DNA of 64,000 nt from an uncultured candidate division Zixibacteria bacterium (GTDB lineage Bacteria; Zixibacteria; MSB-5A5; GN15; FEB-12): contig CAWDXE010000007.1 of NCBI GenBank assembly GCA_963806185.1, positions 672,001-736,000 on the forward strand. Direction: 5' to 3'. Within the stretch, counting starts at the first letter, position 1, and each line of letters opens with the position of its first letter. Made by a program: the position numbers and the translations under genes. Positions 58,930-64,000 of this stretch are shown here, piece after piece. The notes under the pieces were generated by a model. That model searched no databases and had not been told where the DNA came from. It saw only the letters and a program-made list of their open reading frames with translations.

Positions 58930-60043
58930 CTATACGACTTGATCCTTAAGGTCAGGATCGGACAAATAGGCGTGGATGAAGGCTTCAATGTCACCGTCCA
59001 TCACCGCCTGGACATTCGAGGTTTCATGGTCGGTCCGATGGTCTTTCACCATGTTGTACGGGTGAAAGACATACGACCTGATTTGCGAGCCCCACTCGAT
59101 CTTCTTCTTCGCTTTAGTGAACTTCTCCATCTTCTTTGCCTCTTCTTCTTTGTGATGCTGGTAGAGGCGGGAGCGAAGCACGAGGAAGGCGGAGTCTTTA
59201 TTCTTGTGCTGACTGCGTTCGGTCTGGCAGGTAACCACAATGCCGGTCGGGATATGGGTGATCCGGATCGCCGATTCCGTGCGATTGACGTGCTGACCAC
59301 CGGCACCGGAGGCCCGATAGGTATCGATCCGAATATCTTCATCTTTGATCTCGATATCCGCTGCCGTCAAGTCCTCTACGACGGGATACACATAGACCGA
59401 CACAAACGAGGTGTGCCGGCGGGAATTGGCATCAAATGGCGAGATTCGCACCAGTCGATGCACGCCCGACTCGGCTTTGAGCTAGCCGTAGGCATACTCG
59501 CCTTTGATTTCCATCGTGGCCGATTTCAGGCCGGCTTCTTCACCCGGCTGGTAGTCCATGAGCTCAGCGGTGAAGCCCATCCGCTCCGCCCAGCGGTTGT
59601 ACATGCGGAAAAGCATGTCCGCCCAGTCCTGCGACTCGGTGCCGCCGGCCCCGGGATGGATCGTCAGTATGGCGTCGCGGAAATCATCCGGCCCGGAAAG
59701 GAGGGTAGTGGTTTCGAATTTGTCGATTTCGTCATTGAGATGCTTGACCGCGTGCTCGAATTCGACCGCATCGGCCGATTCGGGGTCAATCATGGTGAGC
59801 AACTCCTCCGAGTCGGCCAGTTCAGCCGCAAGCTTGCGGTGTGCCTCGATCCATCGCTTGTGAGCGGAGATCTCTTTTAAGACGGCTTGAGCGGCCTGGT
59901 TATTGTCCCAGAAACCAGGCTGGGTCGACTTCGCCTCCAGAACGGTTATCTGTTGGCGACGGCCGTCCAGGTCAAAGATACCTCGCTAACTTGTCGAGGC
60001 GGGACTTCATTTCGGGGAGAATATTTCTAACGTCTGTAATCAC
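58930..60043 (-). CDS. prfB: Peptide chain release factor 2 with programmed +1 frameshift; in-frame TAG at 59482-59484
   Basis: GTG 60043, 23 codons then [20 protein letters not shown] tripeptide, [13 protein letters not shown]. Confidence 0.95.
59971..59986 (-). promoter_or_regulatory. prfB +1 programmed ribosomal frameshift site
   Basis: GCGAGG TAT CTT TGA C: internal SD-like element plus CTTTGAC shift site. Confidence 0.92.
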
Positions 60044-60213
60044 GGTTATCCCTGTGCTTCATATTAAGGTTGTGAATATATGTACTTTTAGCACAACGGT
60101 CAATGTCAATTAGACCGTCAAGTCTATTTTGTTCGTACCGTAAGTCGCTGATAGACAATTGGTTGAAAAGAAGAATTCGATTGACTTCGCGACCCGCCCA
60201 TGTATCTTGCGCC

Positions 60214-60861
60214 ATGCCAAAATGCCTTGAGTCGGTCGTCGTCGGGCCGTTTGCGGTCAACTGCTACCTTTATTGGGATCAGAAGACGGGGAAAGGGGTA
60301 GTCATCGATCCCGGAGCCGACCAACAGGCAATTTTTTCCGCTATCAATCGCGTGAAAATGAGGCCGGCGGCGATTCTCCTCACTCACGGTCACGGCGACC
60401 ACATTGCCGCAGTGCGGCCGGTCAAGGAGGAATACAATATCCCGGTCTACATTGGGAGAGGTGAAGAACACCTGCTCACTGATGCCGTAGCCAACGTTTC
60501 GGCCCTCTTTGCCGAGCCCATTATCGCACCCGCGGCCGATGCGACTGTCGAAGATGAGGAGATCCTCAAGTTCGGAAGTGTGAAACTGCGTGTTCTGGCG
60601 ACACCCGGTCACACGCCGGCCGGAGTATGCTACTTTGACGAGAATGAGGGGGTCGTCTTCTGCGGCGACACGCTTTTTGCCGGGTCAATTGGGCGCACTG
60701 ACTTTCCCGGCTCCTCCCAGGAAATACTCCTGAACTCTATCGGCCGCAAATTGTTAAAACTACCTGACGAAGTGATCTGCTTTCCAGGGCACGGCCCGAA
60801 GACCACGATCGGCGCAGAACGAACCAGTAACCCCTTTTTGTTCCATGGGTACTATGGCTGA
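60214..60861 (+). CDS. MBL-fold metallo-hydrolase (glyoxalase II-like)
   Basis: IDPG, THGHGDH, TPGHT, GDTLF..SIGRTD, PGHG. Confidence 0.9.
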   Translation: MPKCLESVVVGPFAVNCYLYWDQKTGKGVVIDPGADQQAIFSAINRVKMRPAAILLTHGHGDHIAAVRPVKEEYNIPVYIGRGEEHLLTDAVANVSALFAEPIIAPAADATVEDEEILKFGSVKLRVLATPGHTPAGVCYFDENEGVVFCGDTLFAGSIGRTDFPGSSQEILLNSIGRKLLKLPDEVICFPGHGPKTTIGAERTSNPFLFHGYYG

Positions 60862-61708
60862 AAACAACTTCTCCCTTGAACCGCTGCACATCGGCAATGT
60901 GACCGACTACCACATTCACCCTGATTATTCGATCGACGCCAAGGGGAGTGTCGAAGACTATTGTCGCGCGGCCGTCGAGCGCAACCTGGTGGAAATATGC
61001 TTCACAACTCATTTCGACAGCAATCCTCGCGGTGACGGCAAAGCCAATTTCATCCGTGTCAACGGTGAGAACAGGCCGGCCACGATTGAGAATCTGGCGC
61101 CCTATGTGGAAGATGTCCGGAAGGTCTCCGAGGATTATCTGTCGCTCGGACTCATGGTTAAGCTTGGTGTCGAATTCGGCTGGTATTCCGGCTGCGAAGA
61201 AGTTGCTTCCAAACTTCGACGCCAGTATGATCTTGATTACTTCCTCGTCGGCATACACGAGCTGGGCGACGAATGTTTTTGCTGCCGCAGTTCTTACGAG
61301 CGTTGCTTTTCGAAGTACTCGGTCGAACAGGCAGTGAAGGATTACGTCCAGCAGGTAATCGACGCGGCCAAAAGCAAATTGTTCGACACTGTGGCCCATC
61401 TGGATTACATCCGCAAATACGGTGAGAGAGTCTATGGGCCGACCATCAACGAGGAATTCCGCCACTACACGTCGGATATCTTCCGTGCGCTGATAACAAC
61501 CGGCACCAAGCTGGAGGTGAACACCGCCGGCCGACGAGCCGGTTTTGAGTCGTGGTACCCCCGCACCGAGATCATCAATGACGCGAGGCGGGCCGGTGTT
61601 GAAGTCGCCTATCTCGGGTCCGATGCCCACGCGCCGGAACATGTCGGTTTCGATTTCGAATCGGCAGCGGCTCTGGTTCCGGCCGCGGTTGGTGGCTGTG
61701 ACGACTAA
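60854..61708 (+). CDS. PHP-domain histidinol-phosphatase (HisJ family)-like
   Basis: DYHIH..SID, FTTH, GVE, AHLD, LEVNT, GSDAH. Confidence 0.8.
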   Translation: MAENNFSLEPLHIGNVTDYHIHPDYSIDAKGSVEDYCRAAVERNLVEICFTTHFDSNPRGDGKANFIRVNGENRPATIENLAPYVEDVRKVSEDYLSLGLMVKLGVEFGWYSGCEEVASKLRRQYDLDYFLVGIHELGDECFCCRSSYERCFSKYSVEQAVKDYVQQVIDAAKSKLFDTVAHLDYIRKYGERVYGPTINEEFRHYTSDIFRALITTGTKLEVNTAGRRAGFESWYPRTEIINDARRAGVEVAYLGSDAHAPEHVGFDFESAAALVPAAVGGCDD

Positions 61709-62339
61709 CGAGCTACCCGTGCGAAAGGCTGAAAGGCTGTCACGGTCATTCTATCTTCGACCCACGGTCGAGGTCGCGCGAGACCTGCTTGGCAAGTACC
61801 TGGTCTACCGTTCAGCCGCCGGAATCTACTCGGCTCGGCTGGTGGAAGTCGAGGCGTACATTGGCGAAGACGACCCCGCCTGTCATGCCGCGCCGGGGAA
61901 AACGGAGCGAAATGCCGTCATGTATGGGCCGGGCGGGTTCACGTACATTTACAAAATTTACGGCATGCATTTCTGTCTGAATTTCGTCACCGAGCGCGAG
62001 GGCTATCCCGCCGCCATACTGATTCGCGCCGGAGAGCCGCACGAAGGATTCCACTTGATGAAGGCGAACTCGCCCAATGATTCGCGGAATACGATTCTTA
62101 GCGGACCGGGTAGATTCTGCCGCGCTTTACACTTGTCTCGCGACCAGAATGATGTCGATCTTACGGGAGATGAGCTTTACGTTGAGGATCGGTTCGAGCC
62201 GGAAATCGAAGTCGGCATTTCACCGAGAGTCGGCATCAGCAAAGCCGTTGAACGGCCGCTGCGGTTTTTCGATCTGCATTCCCGGTCCGTCAGTGGAAAG
62301 AGCGTCGCAGCGTCGCTCAAACGACGAGTAGTCTACTAA
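61698..62339 (+). CDS. DNA-3-methyladenine glycosylase (MPG/AAG family)
   Basis: VARDLLGK, VEVEAY, ACHA, YKIYGMH.CLN, LIRA, GPGR, RVGI; GTG 61698. Confidence 0.92.
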   Translation: MTTNELPVRKAERLSRSFYLRPTVEVARDLLGKYLVYRSAAGIYSARLVEVEAYIGEDDPACHAAPGKTERNAVMYGPGGFTYIYKIYGMHFCLNFVTEREGYPAAILIRAGEPHEGFHLMKANSPNDSRNTILSGPGRFCRALHLSRDQNDVDLTGDELYVEDRFEPEIEVGISPRVGISKAVERPLRFFDLHSRSVSGKSVAASLKRRVVY

Positions 62340-62348
62340 TCAGGGAGA

Positions 62349-62978
62349 TTGTGCGTGTTTGATTCGAATTTCTTACGGCAGGCACTTCTGGGTTTGCCGA
62401 TTCTTCTCTTCTCACTGACTTTTCACGAGTTCGCCCATGCCTGGACGGCGTATCGCTTTGGTGATCCTACGGCTCAGCGCATGGGGAGAATGACACTCAA
62501 TCCGATCGTGCATATTGATCTGATGGGCTTGCTGGTTATGGTCCTGTCGCAGTTTCGGTTTGGCTGGGCAAAACCGGTGCCGGTGAATCCATCCAATTTC
62601 CGCGACCCTCGTTGGGGTGACTTGTGGGTTTCTGCCGCCGGGCCAATTTCAAACCTGATACTGGCACTTATCGCCGGAGTCATGTTCCGCCTGTTGGTCG
62701 CAGACGTGTTCACCCTTCCGGAGGTTGGCATACAAGTTATCTACTACGCGATCTCGATCAACGCGGCTCTGGCCTTCTTTAATCTGATACCGTTGTTTCC
62801 TCTCGACGGCTCCCATATCCTTCGCAATCTGCTTCCACCGGAGGCTGACAACACCATGGACAAAATCGATCAGTTCGCGCCGTTTCTGCTCATGGGACTT
62901 GTCTTCCTCGGACTGGTGTGGTACATCATTGGTCCGTTTGTCAAAGCCGTACTGTTTCTGTTCGCCGGGATTCAGTGA
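62349..62978 (+). CDS. Site-2 protease family (M50) membrane metalloprotease
   Basis: HEFAH, GWAKPVP, AAGPISN, FNLIPLFPLDG. Confidence 0.92.
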   Translation: MCVFDSNFLRQALLGLPILLFSLTFHEFAHAWTAYRFGDPTAQRMGRMTLNPIVHIDLMGLLVMVLSQFRFGWAKPVPVNPSNFRDPRWGDLWVSAAGPISNLILALIAGVMFRLLVADVFTLPEVGIQVIYYAISINAALAFFNLIPLFPLDGSHILRNLLPPEADNTMDKIDQFAPFLLMGLVFLGLVWYIIGPFVKAVLFLFAGIQ

Positions 62979-62986
62979 GTTCACCA

Positions 62987-63661
62987 ATGAGACTGGTACG
63001 CCCGATTCTCTTCACACTCACCTTGGTTCTCACCGCCGGATTGTTGGCCTGTTCCGGCGGCAAAGGGACGAAACTGAAGCCGGGAGAAGAAGGAAGCAAA
63101 GTTCCGGCTGAAGCATACCTCTTCGACGCGAAGATTATTCGCAATGGAAAGCAAAATTCGCTTCGCCTGGAAATCTACCAGACTGACACGGTGTTGGGCT
63201 TGAACGGACGAGCCTACCTTGGAAAGGGGGCTCTGCGCGGCAAGGTGACGGCCGATTCGCTTGCCGTCTACCTGCCCGTCTCGAACGAATTCGTTTACGA
63301 GTCAATAGCCGAGGCCCTGACCGCCACGGATTGCGGTATTGGTGGGTTAAAGCTGAACCTGATTCAGTTCTTCCGTACCCTTCCAGATTCGATAACGATT
63401 GATCCACGTATCACAGTAGCGGCCAATCGCCAGGACGACCGGCGTCCCAGGTTCTTGATTTTCATCCAGAATTGTCCTTGGCAGATGGAGCTCACCTATG
63501 ATCGCCAATCAACCGGCTGGCGCATCGTCGAATTCACCTTCAGCAACGGCAAGAACCTCACGCTTAGCGCCACACGTCGCGAATACAAGGCCGGCGCACG
63601 GGTCAAATCAGAGCGCCTCCGTTTCAGCCATCCCGATAGCGCCGAACGAATTACGCTCTAG
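62987..63661 (+). CDS. Hypothetical lipoprotein
   Basis: ATG 62987, lipobox LLAC, beta-rich body. Confidence 0.65.
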   Translation: MRLVRPILFTLTLVLTAGLLACSGGKGTKLKPGEEGSKVPAEAYLFDAKIIRNGKQNSLRLEIYQTDTVLGLNGRAYLGKGALRGKVTADSLAVYLPVSNEFVYESIAEALTATDCGIGGLKLNLIQFFRTLPDSITIDPRITVAANRQDDRRPRFLIFIQNCPWQMELTYDRQSTGWRIVEFTFSNGKNLTLSATRREYKAGARVKSERLRFSHPDSAERITL

Positions 63662-63739
63662 GTCGCACCCGCCGCGGTCGGTTGACTTCCCCTCGAAAAT
63701 AGAGCATACTACTCAGCTAGAGAGGAATTCAGGGAAGTT

Positions 63740-64000
63740 TTGAATATCTACGCCCGCACATTTTCAGTTCTCAAAGCCTATTGGAAGCAGTTGGTGATCG
63801 CCTCGACTTCGGCTGCACTGCACGCAGCTTTCGCCGGCATGCTCATCTGGATGATCGGCCCCCTGATGAGCACGCTGTTTCAAATGGATTCGCCCCTCAA
63901 CGGCATAGCGCCTCAGACAACGCAGTCCACCCCAGTCGCGCCGGCCGATTCCACCAGCACCTTCGGCAATGCGGTCACCACTACCGTAACTTCGTGGGTG
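63740..64000 (+). CDS. ABC exporter (MsbA-like) N-terminus, truncated by window edge
   Basis: TTG start; NIYARTFSVLKAYWKQLVIA elbow helix then TM and GPLMSTLF; frame open to end. Confidence 0.55.
   Translation, partial: MNIYARTFSVLKAYWKQLVIASTSAALHAAFAGMLIWMIGPLMSTLFQMDSPLNGIAPQTTQSTPVAPADSTSTFGNAVTTTVTSWV

Noticed and set aside
59482..59484. Genome-wide TAG reassignment or pyrrolysine
   Set aside because: Several genes end at TAG at natural C-termini (for example 15689, 21552, 48810); no pyl genes in window
55189..59880. Long plus-strand ORFs (55189..56106, 57890..58942, 58939..59880)
   Set aside because: Antisense shadows of pckA, pta and prfB, expected in GC-rich coding DNA
60070..60096. 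Additional TTGTGAA operator upstream of prfB
   Set aside because: Only a half site; the CACAA downstream is at the wrong spacing

Overview
GC-rich (roughly 55-60%, by eye) Gram-negative anaerobe chromosome segment. Cys-flanked dockerin-like domains, multiheme cytochromes and a eukaryote-type citrate synthase suggest candidate division Zixibacteria or a relative (inference). In order: end of a surface polysaccharide locus (glycosyltransferases, Wzy-like, Wzz-like), tRNA-Tyr, MATE, ATP-grasp ligase, a small secreted cohesin-like+dockerin-like protein, PPi-type phosphofructokinase, a System I* cytochrome c maturation operon (ccmCDEF, CcmE with CxxxY), a CbcL-like 11-heme c/cytochrome b fusion, a GldA/F/G-like ABC system, a CarH-like MerR/B12 regulator, a tandemly duplicated two-gene module of large secreted dockerin-like proteins, a four-gene multiheme c/cytochrome b operon (about 35 heme motifs), a protein with five TonB-C domains, 2CW and TPR proteins, two orphan histidine kinases, citrate synthase, GlcD-like oxidase, a repeat cluster, lipoproteins, an FmdB-type zinc ribbon gene, pckA, aminotransferase, pta, prfB (programmed +1 frameshift plus an in-frame TAG) and housekeeping hydrolases. 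Many single-base indels cluster at about 16.5-18.7 kb and 54.7-59.5 kb and are probably consensus errors. Best candidates for a novel system: (1) a non-cellulosomal cohesin/dockerin-like assembly system; (2) a Geobacter-like acetate oxidation / multiheme electron transfer module whose promoters share a TGTG-N8-CACA palindrome. All calls come from reading the sequence; no searches were run.
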